The notes under the pieces: model-generated
The model's input: only the letters and a program-made list of their open reading frames with translations
Database searches by the model: none
What the model was told of the DNA's origin: nothing
Part shown: positions 54,597-63,597 of the stretch, one piece after another
Numbering within the stretch: position 1 is the first letter of the stretch
Layout of the letters: each line of letters begins with the position of its first letter
Made by a program: the position numbers and the translations under genes
Assembly: GCA_035268685.1 (NCBI GenBank)
Contig: DATFKK010000170.1
Span: 11,708 to 75,707 of the forward strand
Source: Candidatus Krumholzibacteriia bacterium
GTDB lineage: Bacteria; Krumholzibacteriota; Krumholzibacteriia; JAJRXK01
Length of the DNA: 64,000 nucleotides
Direction: 5' to 3'

Positions 54597-57500
54597 ACGG
54601 CCCCCGCGATCCGAGCCGCGACGTCGCGGCCACGCTGACCCGCTTCGCCCTGCGGCGACGGATCTCGGTCCTGGTGTTGTTGATGACCGCGCTCGTGGTC
54701 GGGGGTGTGGCGGCCTCGGGAGTGCCCGTCGAGCTGTTCCCGAAGGGCTTCACGCCGTCGTTCCTTCGGATCCAGATCCCGTGGCGCGACGCACCGCCGC
54801 GCGAAGTGCTCGAGAAGATCAGCGAGCCGCTCGAGGAGGAGCTGAGCACGGTCAAGGGGCTTGACCGGATCGTGTCGGTGAGCTCGGTGGGCGCGTCGCG
54901 CGTCTTCCTGACCTTCAAGCACGGTACCGACATGGACCTGGCCTACCGCGAGGTTCGCGATCGCATCGAGCGGGCCCGTCGCGAGTTCCCCGACGACGTC
55001 GATCGCGTGTTCACCTTCAAGGAAGACGTGTCGGGGATCCCGGTCTCGGTGCTGGGCGTGGCCGTCGATCCCAGTGTGACCGACAGCTACAACCTGATCG
55101 ACAAGAACATCATCCGGCGATTGGAGCGCGTGGACGGCGTGGCCAACGTCGAGGCGAACGGGCTCGAGGAGAAGGAGATCCTCATCGAGCTCGACCGGGA
55201 GCGGACGGAGTCCGCCGGGCTGAACATCTTCGACCTCGCCCAGCAGATGCGCGACGACTCCTTCACCATGGCCAGCGGCCACGTCTACGAGGGACAGAGA
55301 AAGCTGTTGCTGCGTTCGGTGGCGCGCTACGACGACATTGCTGCGCTCGAGAATCGACCGGTGTCGGAGACGGGCATTCGCCTGAAGGACATTGCCAATG
55401 TCACCTACGGCGAGCCCGACAAGGACTACCGCGTGCGAGCCATGAGCCGGCCCGCCTACGCCATCGTCATCTTCAAGGAGGGCGACGCGAACGTCCGTGA
55501 GGTCAGCGCTCGGATCGACGACACGTTCCGGGAGATGCAGGTCGACCCTCGCCTCTCGGGGGTGGAGACGATCAAGATCTTCGACCAGGGCGAGGTCGTG
55601 GGCGAGCAGCTCGGGGTACTGCTCCAGAGCGGCATGATCGGCGGAATCGTCGCCGGTCTGGTCCTGTTCTTCTTCCTGCGCCGCTTCCGTGTGACCATGG
55701 TCGTGAACCTGGCGGTGCCGCTCAGCCTGCTGATCGCGGTCACGGTCATGTTCTTCGCGGGCGAGTCGCTGAACCTGCTGTCGTTGCTCGCACTCATGGT
55801 GTGTGTCGGCTTGCTGGTCGACAACTCGGTGGTGGTGGCCGAGAACATCGACCGGCTTCACCGAGCCGGAGCGCGCCGCCGGGACGCGGCCGTGAGCGGG
55901 GCCGGAGAGATCGCCCTGGCCATCACCATGAGCACGCTGACGACCATCGTGGTGTTCCTGCCGGTGTCGCTGGTCGAGGGGCAGGCGCAGTTCTTCCTGC
56001 TGCGCATGTCGATCCCGATCAGCGTGGCCCTGGCCGCCTCGCTCGTCGTGGCCATGGTCATCGTTCCGTTGGGCGTGGTGTTGACCCTGCCGAAGGACCG
56101 CGACGCCGATCGCGCGCGCAGGCTGAGGGGCCAGGGACCGCGGGGACGGATCGATCGCGCCATGCGCCGGGGCTACGACCTCACCTTCGAACGCCTGAAC
56201 ACTTTGTACAACCGGTTGCTCGCCCGTTCCCTGCGGCATCGCATGGAGCTGGTCGCCCTTCTGGTCGTGACGGCGGTCGCCACCGGCGCCTGGTGGAATG
56301 CGCAGGGTCTGGACATCGTCGATCAGCAGGAGGACGAGCGCAGCGGATTCGAGATCGACGTCGACATGCCCGACCACTACACGCTCGAGGAGACCGAGGA
56401 CTGGTTCCTGCGGGCCGAGGCGCTCGTCGAGGAACACGCCGAGGAGCTCGGACTCGAGGGCTGGTTCCTGTTCCACGGCAAGACACGTGGCGAGCTGCAG
56501 GGCTGGTTCGCCACCCCCCGGACGGTCGATCTGACGCCGCAGGAAGTCACACAGCGCGTGGTGGAGATGCTGCCGGAGCGGGCGGGCATGGAGCTGAGCA
56601 CCGGCCGCGAGAGTCAGGTCGACGACGAGGGAGGCGGCGGCGACACCTGGCGCGTGACGCTGAACGGGGAGGACGCCGACCAGCTCGAGGACGTGGCCGA
56701 GCAGCTGGAAGAAGTCTTCCTGAACGTCGACGGGGTGCTCGGCATCCGTCGCGACAACGTCGAGCAGCCCAACGAGCTCGGCCTGGTCGTCGACCGTGAC
56801 CGCGCGCGCCAGTACGGGGTCGATCCGCGCGTGGCCGCCGGCCTGGTCGGCTACGCGCTCCGTGGACAGACCCTTCCCGACTACCGCGACGAGGGCCGCG
56901 AGATCCCCGTCCGCGTTCGCTACCGCGAAGAGGACCGCGACGATCTCGATGCCCTGGGTAGCTTCCTGCTGCCGACGGCCACCGGGGATTTCCTGCCGCT
57001 GTCGTCGGTGACCGACGCCCGGATGCTCGATTCGCCCCAGTCCATCGTACGCCGCGACAAACGCATCGCGCGGACCATCACGCTCGATCTCGAGCCCGAC
57101 ACCGCCGACGAGACACAGGACCGTCTCGACGTGCTGCGCGCGGGGGCGAATCTCCCCGAGGGGGTGCGCTTCTCCGCGGCGTCGATCCAGCGGGGGATGG
57201 ACGAGGATCTCGTGACCATGATGCAGGCTCTGCTGATCTCGGTGGTGTTCATCTATCTGCTCATGGGCATGCTGTTCGAGAGCGCGATCCTTCCCCTGTC
57301 GATCATCTTCACCATTCCGCTCGCGGGCTTCGGTGTGTTCTGGCTGCATCTGGCCACGGGGACCGACCTCGACTTCCTGGGACTGGTGGGCGTCGTGCTG
57401 CTCGTCGGCGTCGTCGTGAACAACGGGATCGTCCTGGTCGATACGGTGAATCGGCTCCGGGTGAGCGGATTGGCGCGATCCGACGCGATCCTCCGCGCCA

Positions 57501-57832
57501 CGGCCCAGCGCTTCCGGCCGATCATGATGACGGCGATCACCACCATCGGTGGCCTGGTGCCCCTGGCCCTGAACGGCCGGATGGACTCGGGAATCAGCTA
57601 CACGAGCTTCGCCTACACCCTGATCGGTGGTCTCAGTACCGCGACGCTGCTCACCTTGCTCGTGATCCCCGTCTTCTACACCTTCTTCGACGATCTGCGC
57701 AGCGCGGCCACGGGAGTGTTCGGAGCCGGACTCGGGCGGCGGAGACGGCTGTCACCCTCGGTGGGGGCGGCCCGGACCGATCGAACGATCGAGCACGGTC
57801 CCGGTCTGGACCAAAGGCCACGGAGCGGCTAG
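54593..57832 (+). CDS. RND efflux permease 2 (AcrB/MdtC-like), 1079 aa
   Basis: GTG overlaps the stop of permease 1. RRRISVLVLLMTALVVGG, LSLLALMVCVGLLVDNSVVVAENI and LLVGVVVNNGIVLVDT. Confidence 0.85.
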   Translation: MNGPRDPSRDVAATLTRFALRRRISVLVLLMTALVVGGVAASGVPVELFPKGFTPSFLRIQIPWRDAPPREVLEKISEPLEEELSTVKGLDRIVSVSSVGASRVFLTFKHGTDMDLAYREVRDRIERARREFPDDVDRVFTFKEDVSGIPVSVLGVAVDPSVTDSYNLIDKNIIRRLERVDGVANVEANGLEEKEILIELDRERTESAGLNIFDLAQQMRDDSFTMASGHVYEGQRKLLLRSVARYDDIAALENRPVSETGIRLKDIANVTYGEPDKDYRVRAMSRPAYAIVIFKEGDANVREVSARIDDTFREMQVDPRLSGVETIKIFDQGEVVGEQLGVLLQSGMIGGIVAGLVLFFFLRRFRVTMVVNLAVPLSLLIAVTVMFFAGESLNLLSLLALMVCVGLLVDNSVVVAENIDRLHRAGARRRDAAVSGAGEIALAITMSTLTTIVVFLPVSLVEGQAQFFLLRMSIPISVALAASLVVAMVIVPLGVVLTLPKDRDADRARRLRGQGPRGRIDRAMRRGYDLTFERLNTLYNRLLARSLRHRMELVALLVVTAVATGAWWNAQGLDIVDQQEDERSGFEIDVDMPDHYTLEETEDWFLRAEALVEEHAEELGLEGWFLFHGKTRGELQGWFATPRTVDLTPQEVTQRVVEMLPERAGMELSTGRESQVDDEGGGGDTWRVTLNGEDADQLEDVAEQLEEVFLNVDGVLGIRRDNVEQPNELGLVVDRDRARQYGVDPRVAAGLVGYALRGQTLPDYRDEGREIPVRVRYREEDRDDLDALGSFLLPTATGDFLPLSSVTDARMLDSPQSIVRRDKRIARTITLDLEPDTADETQDRLDVLRAGANLPEGVRFSAASIQRGMDEDLVTMMQALLISVVFIYLLMGMLFESAILPLSIIFTIPLAGFGVFWLHLATGTDLDFLGLVGVVLLVGVVVNNGIVLVDTVNRLRVSGLARSDAILRATAQRFRPIMMTAITTIGGLVPLALNGRMDSGISYTSFAYTLIGGLSTATLLTLLVIPVFYTFFDDLRSAATGVFGAGLGRRRRLSPSVGAARTDRTIEHGPGLDQRPRSG

Positions 57833-57842
57833 ACTGCCCGAG

Positions 57843-57879
57843 CGCCGGCTGCCCTGCCGCAGCCGGCGTCGCTTTTTTT
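57843..57879 (+). terminator. Rho-independent terminator after the RND operon
   Basis: CGCCGGCTGC-cctgcc-GCAGCCGGCG followed by TCGCTTTTTTT. Confidence 0.8.
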
Positions 57880-57918
57880 CCTGCCCAGTCCTCCCCTTCG
57901 GCTCGAGGTTCCTTCCTC

Positions 57919-59478
57919 ATGAACGACTCCCGGCCCGGCGAGGCCGCTCCGCGCGACTTCGTCGAGAGGGCCCTGAACTGGATCGAAGTGGCGGGCAACA
58001 AACTGCCCGATCCCGCTGTCCTCTTCGTGATCGCCATGGTGATCACCTGGATCCTGTCGGCGCTGTTGGCACCCGTCGAGTTCAGCGACGTCAATCCGAC
58101 CACGGGTGAGCCGCTCCGGATCATCAACCAGCTCGATCCACAGAATCTCACCACGTTCATGACGAGCATGGTGAACACCTTCGTCACCTTCGCTCCGCTC
58201 GGTGTGGTCCTGGTGGCCCTCCTGGGTGTGGGCGTGGCCGAACATTCGGGCTACATCAGCGCCGGACTGAAGCAGATGCTGCAGTTCACGCCGGCGAAGC
58301 TGTTGACGCCCATGCTCACCCTGGTGGCGATCGTCAGCCACACCGCGGCCGATGCGGGGTACGTGCTCGTGATCCCGCTCGGGGGCGTGATCTTCTACGC
58401 CGCGGGTCGGCATCCCCTCGCGGGCATCGCGGCCGCCTTCGCCGGTGTGTCGGGCGGCTTCAGCGCGAACTTCATCCCCTCGGGGATCGATCCGCTGCTC
58501 GCGAACTTCACGCAGATCGGCGCGAACGTCCTCGATCCGGACTACATCGTGAATCCGCTGTGCAACCTGCTGTTCACGGGACTCTCGAGCGTCCTCGTGA
58601 TCGCGGTCGTGTGGTTCCTCACGGACCGGATCATCGAGCCACGTCTCCGGGGGACCGAGATCGATGGCGACCCCGACGAGATGCCGAAGATGGAGACGCT
58701 CGGCGGCAAGGAGAAGCGCGCTCTGACGATCGCGAACGTGGTCGTGGTCGTGGTCTTCGCCCTGCTGATCGCTGTCGCGCTGCCGGCGGACTCGCCGCTC
58801 CGCAACTCCGAAACGGGAAGCCTGACCCGGAACGCCCCGCTCATGGGTATGATCGTGCCCCTGATCTTCGTGTTCTTCCTCGTTCCGGGTGTGGTCTACG
58901 GCTATCTGTCGGGGACCTTCGCGTCGCACAAGGACGTGATCAAGGGCATGAGCCGGGCCATGGAGACCATGGGCTATTACATGGTCATGGCCTTCTGCGC
59001 GTCGCTCTTCACCTATGCCTTCGGGCAGTCGAACCTCGGCGCCCTGATCGCGATCAAGGGTGCCGCCGGGCTCGAGGCCCTGGCCCTGCCGGGCGAGGTG
59101 ACGCTCGTCGGGATCATCGCACTGAGCGCGATCGTGAACCTGCTCGTGGGTTCGGCCTCGGCGAAGTGGGCTCTGCTCGCACCGATCTTCGTGCCCATCC
59201 TCATGGGTGTCGGGCTCTCACCGGAGCTCACGCAGGCGGCCTATCGTGTCGGGGATTCGAGTACGAACATCATCACACCGCTCATGCCCTACTTCCCGTT
59301 GATCGTGGTCTTCTGCGCGCGCTACGTGAAGAACACCGGCATCGGCACGGTGGTGTCGCTCATGCTCCCGTACTCGATCGCGTTGCTGATCCTGTGGACG
59401 GCATTCCTGGTCGTCTACTGGCTGATCGGGATCCCGCTGGGCTTCGAGGCCGGTTACGTCTATCCGCCCGGGAGCTGA
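57919..59478 (+). CDS. AbgT family transporter (p-aminobenzoyl-glutamate / antimetabolite transporter family)
   Basis: ALNWIEVAGNKLPDPAVLF, FAPLGVVLVALLGVGVAEHSGY, AAFAGVSGGFSANFIPSGIDPLL and RVGDSSTNIITPLMPYFPL. Confidence 0.8.
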   Translation: MNDSRPGEAAPRDFVERALNWIEVAGNKLPDPAVLFVIAMVITWILSALLAPVEFSDVNPTTGEPLRIINQLDPQNLTTFMTSMVNTFVTFAPLGVVLVALLGVGVAEHSGYISAGLKQMLQFTPAKLLTPMLTLVAIVSHTAADAGYVLVIPLGGVIFYAAGRHPLAGIAAAFAGVSGGFSANFIPSGIDPLLANFTQIGANVLDPDYIVNPLCNLLFTGLSSVLVIAVVWFLTDRIIEPRLRGTEIDGDPDEMPKMETLGGKEKRALTIANVVVVVVFALLIAVALPADSPLRNSETGSLTRNAPLMGMIVPLIFVFFLVPGVVYGYLSGTFASHKDVIKGMSRAMETMGYYMVMAFCASLFTYAFGQSNLGALIAIKGAAGLEALALPGEVTLVGIIALSAIVNLLVGSASAKWALLAPIFVPILMGVGLSPELTQAAYRVGDSSTNIITPLMPYFPLIVVFCARYVKNTGIGTVVSLMLPYSIALLILWTAFLVVYWLIGIPLGFEAGYVYPPGS

Positions 59479-59514
59479 TCGACGAAGCGCGTTTCTGGTG
59501 TCCATGCACCACGC

Positions 59515-59543
59515 AACGGGGCCGGCAGATCGCCGGCCCCGTT
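59515..59543 (+). terminator. 12-bp GC hairpin after the abgT-family gene
   Basis: AACGGGGCCGGC-agatc-GCCGGCCCCGTT followed by CTCGTTGT (weak T tract). Confidence 0.5.
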
Positions 59544-59850
59544 CTCGTTGTCACACCACCGGTTGTGGTCTTGTGACCCGCGTCACGGATTCGCTGCCTC
59601 GGCACATCGGGGGCGGATTCGGGAAAACCTCTGCCGCGACGCCGACTTGCGCCGTCGGCGGCCCGGATTGCAACGACGAAACGCGCAACTCGCTACAAAA
59701 TCGAATCTTGTAGGCCTCGTCGTCGGGAATGAGACTGTTCGCCGAGAGTAGGACTCCATGAGACCATCGACTCGCGCGCGTGGTCGCCGGCTGCTCGACC
59801 CCCTGTTCCGAACCCGGACCCCTGCGGGTCCAGAACCGATGAGGAATCCG

Positions 59851-60396
59851 ATGCGTCGCAGCGCAACGTTGTTCGCGATCGTTCTGACGGCCGGCCTGGT
59901 CCTGTCGGCAGGGACGGCCCTCGCCGAGGAATTCGAGTACGTCGGGGCCGAAGGGTGCAAGATGTGCCATCGTGCCAAGACGGGGAACCAGTGGCAGAAG
60001 TGGCTGGACGGGCCGCACGCGAGCGCCTACGAGACCTTGAAGAACGATGCCTCGGCCGAGATCGTCGCCGACATGGGCCTCGATGGCAACGCCTGGGAAC
60101 TCGACCAGTGCCTGGAGTGTCACGTCACCGCGCACGGTGTCTCCGAGGATCGTCTCGGCCGTCGCTACAGCGTGGAGCAGGGTGTGGGCTGCGAGAGCTG
60201 CCACGGTCCGGGGAGCGAGTACAAGAGTATGAAGACCATGAGGAGCCACGATGCTGCCGTGGCCGCCGGTCTGGTCGAGATCAGTACCGAGACCTGCACC
60301 GACTGCCACAACGAGGACAGCCCCACCTTCAAGGGCTTCGACTACGACGACTACGTGGCCCGGATCGCCCATCCGATCCCGGCCGAGGACGAGTAG
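59851..60396 (+). CDS. Periplasmic tetrahaem c-type cytochrome (cytochrome c554-like family)
   Basis: ORF 59758..60396. I prefer the ATG at 59851 (GAGGA 5 nt upstream), giving MRRSATLFAIVLTAGLVLSAGTALA. Four CxxCH motifs: CKMCH, CLECH, CESCH, CTDCH. Confidence 0.75.
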   Translation: MRRSATLFAIVLTAGLVLSAGTALAEEFEYVGAEGCKMCHRAKTGNQWQKWLDGPHASAYETLKNDASAEIVADMGLDGNAWELDQCLECHVTAHGVSEDRLGRRYSVEQGVGCESCHGPGSEYKSMKTMRSHDAAVAAGLVEISTETCTDCHNEDSPTFKGFDYDDYVARIAHPIPAEDE

Positions 60397-60551
60397 CCGA
60401 GTCCCTTCGTCCGATCCCGGCCGCGCCTGCCAGTGGCCGGGATCCGTTCAACCCCCTCTGAGAGTCAAGGATCGGAGCCTCGATGGTCCCCGCATCCGCA
60501 CGGGAATGCGACGGATACCGACCGGGGCACGTACACCGGAAGGGTAGCGCC

Positions 60552-62486
60552 ATGCGCGTTCGGAGGAACACGTTCGCCTGGCTCACGATCTCCTGCCTGG
60601 TCGGAGTCGTTGCCATCAACAGTCCGGCCCTCGCCCAGGACGAGGAGTGCCTTCTCTGCCACGGCAGTGGCGAGGGCATGGTCGAGCCGGCCCACGAGAT
60701 CGATGCCGAGGCCTACGAGGCATCGATCCACGCCGAGATGGGATTCGCCTGCACCGACTGTCATTCGACGGGCGACTTCGAAGAGCTCCCGCACGAGGGG
60801 ACCGAGACGCCGCGTTGCGCCGATTGCCACCCCTCGGCGCAGGAGGACTTCGCGCTCAGCGTCCACGCAGGTGTCGAGCAGTTCGGGGAGGAGTCGTGCG
60901 GTGCCTGTCATTCCACGCACGAGATCCGGGCCATCGACGATCCCGACTCGCGTCTGTTCTCGGTGAACCAGCCGGGGACCTGCGGCAACTGCCACGCCGA
61001 TGATCAGGTCGTCGGGAACCTGAATCTCGACCTCGAGGTGATCCGCAAGTACCAGGGCAGCGTGCACGGCCTGGGCCTGGGGATCCAGGACCAGCAGCCG
61101 GCCGTCTGCAGTGACTGCCATGGCGGCCACGCGATCCTGCCCGCCAACGACGGAGACTCGCGGATCAATCCCTTCAATCTCACCGAGACCTGCGGCGAGT
61201 GTCACGCGGACGAGTCCGAACTCTACGCAGAGTCGGTGCACGGAGTGGCGTTCTCGCAGGGGCGGACCACGTCCCCGACCTGCACCGTGTGCCACGGGAT
61301 CCACGAGATCAAGAACGTGCCCGAGCCGGGCGCTACCGTTCAGGAGGCTCGGCTGGTCCGGACGACGTGCACCAGCTGCCACGCCAGCGCGGCGTTGATG
61401 ACCGGGCTCGGTGTCGACGCGTCCCGCGTGGCCAGCTACGAGGCCAGCTTCCACGGCCTCGTGCGTCAGCGCGACGAAGCAGCGGTGGCCGACTGCGCGA
61501 GCTGCCACGGGGTGCACGGGATCTTCAACTCGTCCGATCCGCGGTCGACGGTCCACGTGGACAACCTGCAGGAGACCTGTGGCGACTGTCATCCCGGTGC
61601 CACTGCCCAGTTCGCCTCGACCCCGGTCCACTACGTCAGTCCGACCGGAGGGCTCGAAGGCGCTGACATCGGGACGGTGGTGGTCGAGTGGGTCAAGCGG
61701 ATCTACTGGATCCTGCTCTTCGGTGTCCTGGGCGGCATGCTCGCGCACAACCTGGTCATCGTGAGCTGGTACGTACGGCGGAACTGGCGCAAGGAGAACG
61801 CGCAGCGCATGCGCCGGCGCTTCGACGGTTGGCAGATCGCGCAGCACGCCATGCTGGTGATCTCGTTCGCGGTCCTGGTGATCAGCGGGTTCATGCTGGC
61901 CTACCCGGACACCTGGTGGGGACGGCTCATGGTCGACGTCGGGGTCAGCGAGGAGATCCGGCGCTGGACCCACCGCGTCGCCGCGATCGTGATGATCGTC
62001 GCCTCGTTCATCCATCTGTTCTGGATGTTGGGGACCTCGTACGGGCGTAGGGAGCTCAAGCGGATCGCTCCGGGTATGCGCGACGTGCGTGAGGTCATGC
62101 AGAACATGAAGTACCACCTGGGCACCAGCGATCGGCCGGCGGCCTTCGCCAAGTACGACTACCCGGCCAAGGCCGAGTACTGGGCGCTGGTGTGGGGTAC
62201 GGTGGTCATGGCGATCACCGGTCTCATGCTGTGGTTCCCGGTGTTCACGACCTCGTTCCTGCCCGGCTGGTCGCTGAAGGTGGCCGAGGTGATCCACCTC
62301 TTCGAGGCGTGGCTCGCCACGTTGGCCATCCTGATCTTCCACTTCTTCTACGTCTTCGGTCATCCCGAGGTGTATCCGCTGAACTTCTCCATGTTCCACG
62401 GGGGCATGCGCGAGGACCACGCGAAGCACCACCACCCGGGGTGGCACGACGACGAGGAGTCGAAGTCCGCGACGACCAGCTCGTAG
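60552..62486 (+). CDS. Fusion of a periplasmic multihaem c-type cytochrome (11 CxxCH) to a C-terminal membrane cytochrome b (FdnI/HydC-like), CbcL-like architecture
   Basis: MRVRRNTFAWLTISCLVGVVAINSPALA is a signal peptide. CxxCH motifs: CLLCH, CTDCH, CADCH, CGACH, CGNCH, CSDCH, CGECH, CTVCH, CTSCH, CASCH, CGDCH. Five predicted TM helices with conserved His follow (AQHAMLVISF, WTHRVAAIVMIVASFIHLF, VIHLFEAWLATLAILIFHFFY). Confidence 0.75.
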   Translation: MRVRRNTFAWLTISCLVGVVAINSPALAQDEECLLCHGSGEGMVEPAHEIDAEAYEASIHAEMGFACTDCHSTGDFEELPHEGTETPRCADCHPSAQEDFALSVHAGVEQFGEESCGACHSTHEIRAIDDPDSRLFSVNQPGTCGNCHADDQVVGNLNLDLEVIRKYQGSVHGLGLGIQDQQPAVCSDCHGGHAILPANDGDSRINPFNLTETCGECHADESELYAESVHGVAFSQGRTTSPTCTVCHGIHEIKNVPEPGATVQEARLVRTTCTSCHASAALMTGLGVDASRVASYEASFHGLVRQRDEAAVADCASCHGVHGIFNSSDPRSTVHVDNLQETCGDCHPGATAQFASTPVHYVSPTGGLEGADIGTVVVEWVKRIYWILLFGVLGGMLAHNLVIVSWYVRRNWRKENAQRMRRRFDGWQIAQHAMLVISFAVLVISGFMLAYPDTWWGRLMVDVGVSEEIRRWTHRVAAIVMIVASFIHLFWMLGTSYGRRELKRIAPGMRDVREVMQNMKYHLGTSDRPAAFAKYDYPAKAEYWALVWGTVVMAITGLMLWFPVFTTSFLPGWSLKVAEVIHLFEAWLATLAILIFHFFYVFGHPEVYPLNFSMFHGGMREDHAKHHHPGWHDDEESKSATTSS

Positions 62487-62509
62487 AGAAGCGCGAACAA
62501 CCGTGTGCG

Positions 62510-62537
62510 GGGCCCGTGGTCGATCGACCGCGGGCCC
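62510..62537 (+). terminator. Near-perfect 28-bp palindrome/hairpin after the cytochrome c-b fusion gene
   Basis: GGGCCCGTGGTCGA|TCGACCGCGGGCCC with one mismatch, followed by TTCTCG. Confidence 0.45.
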
Positions 62538-62791
62538 TTCTCGTAGGGCTCGCAGCCCTCCGGGATCACGGATTCATGACGATCGGCTCCACACCCCTGT
62601 GGAGCGATCCCCCAACGTTGCAACCTCTTGTAGAGAAATCATTTACGGCTATAGACCACGGCTCGCCGCCGAGGTGTTGTGGTTTTCCTCGACACGGCCC
62701 CATGGGTGTGGCGAGAACGGCCACATGTGGCTGTCTTCGTAACTCATTGCACGAAAGCCACTTGAAGAATTGCGGAAGGCTGCGACGCACT

Positions 62792-62807
62792 CGGCACATC
62801 CGATGCC
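62792..62807 (+). promoter_or_regulatory. Candidate sigma-54 (-24/-12) promoter upstream of the GcvH-like gene
   Basis: cGGCACatccgaTGCc with correct GG-N10-GC spacing. The inverted repeats TGTGGC-N7-GCCACA-TGTGGC (62707-62731) lie about 65-85 bp upstream, as a possible enhancer site. Confidence 0.25.
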
Positions 62808-62887
62808 ATGGGAAGGGGTGAAGTCGTCGCCGGACATCAACACCGCTCATCTGGGCGGGACCGACGACGCCAGAGGAGGTGAGAAGG

Positions 62888-63577
62888 ATGGTCGTCATTT
62901 TCGTCGCTGTGTTCTTCGCAGTCTTCGTGACCATCGATCTGGTGCTGGAACGGCGTCGTCGCACTGAGCTGGCTCGCCAGGGTCAGGTTCTGCACGACCG
63001 TATGCGTGAAGCCGAGCCGCACTTCGCGGCGGGTTACGAACTCCCGGAGGGCTTCGCCTTCCACAAGGGTCACACCTGGGTGCACTGGGTGGCTCCGGAC
63101 CAGGCGCTCGTCGGAGTCGACGACTTCGCGCGCCGCCTGATCGGGCATCCCGACAAGGTCGACATCCCGGCCATCGGTGCCTGGCTCGACCAGGGCGAGG
63201 GCTCGGTCAAGGTCCGCCACGGTGAAGACACGGTCAGTCTGGCATCGCCGGTGAGTGGCGAGATCATCGCTCGCAATCCCGAGCTGAAGGGCGATCCCGA
63301 CCTGCTGCACAAGGACAGCTACGGTCGTGGTTGGTTGTTCAAGGTCCGGTCACCGGAACTGGTCGAGCAGATCAAGAACCTGCTGGACGGCTCGCTGGCC
63401 GACCGTTGGATGGAAGACGTCCGTGACCGCTTCCACCATCAGCTCGTGCTCGCCACGGGTAGCGTGATCCAGGACGGCGGCACGACCGTGGACGATCTGC
63501 CCGCCGTGCTCGAGCACGACCGCTGGCGCGCCCTGACCGATGAATTCCTCGACGTCGACGCGCAGCGTCGCAACTAG
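62888..63577 (+). CDS. Membrane-anchored glycine-cleavage-H-like (lipoyl/biotinyl-attachment fold) protein
   Basis: The ATG at 62888 has AGGAGG 8 nt upstream (the track start GTG 62879 is inside the SD). N-terminal TM: MVVIFVAVFFAVFVTIDLVL, then RRRR. The GcvH-like core is HKGHTWV..VGVDDFARRLIG..EGSVKV..SPVSGEIIARNPEL..DSYGRGWLFKV. Confidence 0.7.
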   Translation: MVVIFVAVFFAVFVTIDLVLERRRRTELARQGQVLHDRMREAEPHFAAGYELPEGFAFHKGHTWVHWVAPDQALVGVDDFARRLIGHPDKVDIPAIGAWLDQGEGSVKVRHGEDTVSLASPVSGEIIARNPELKGDPDLLHKDSYGRGWLFKVRSPELVEQIKNLLDGSLADRWMEDVRDRFHHQLVLATGSVIQDGGTTVDDLPAVLEHDRWRALTDEFLDVDAQRRN

Positions 63578-63597
63578 GACGAAGAGGGGTGTTGACG

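Noticed and set aside
59758-59850. Longer N-terminus for the tetrahaem cytochrome (ATG at 59758, with AGGA upstream)
   Set aside because: The extra 31 residues are R/P-rich and precede a canonical signal peptide that begins at the ATG at 59851, which has its own GAGGA. It is retained only as an alternative start.
62566-62964. ORFs inside the cytochrome-locus intergenic region (62566..62964 -, 62649..62843 -, 62503..62742 +)
   Set aside because: They have no ribosome-binding sites and odd composition. One overlaps the well-supported GcvH-like gene start. The region is better explained as regulatory or non-coding.
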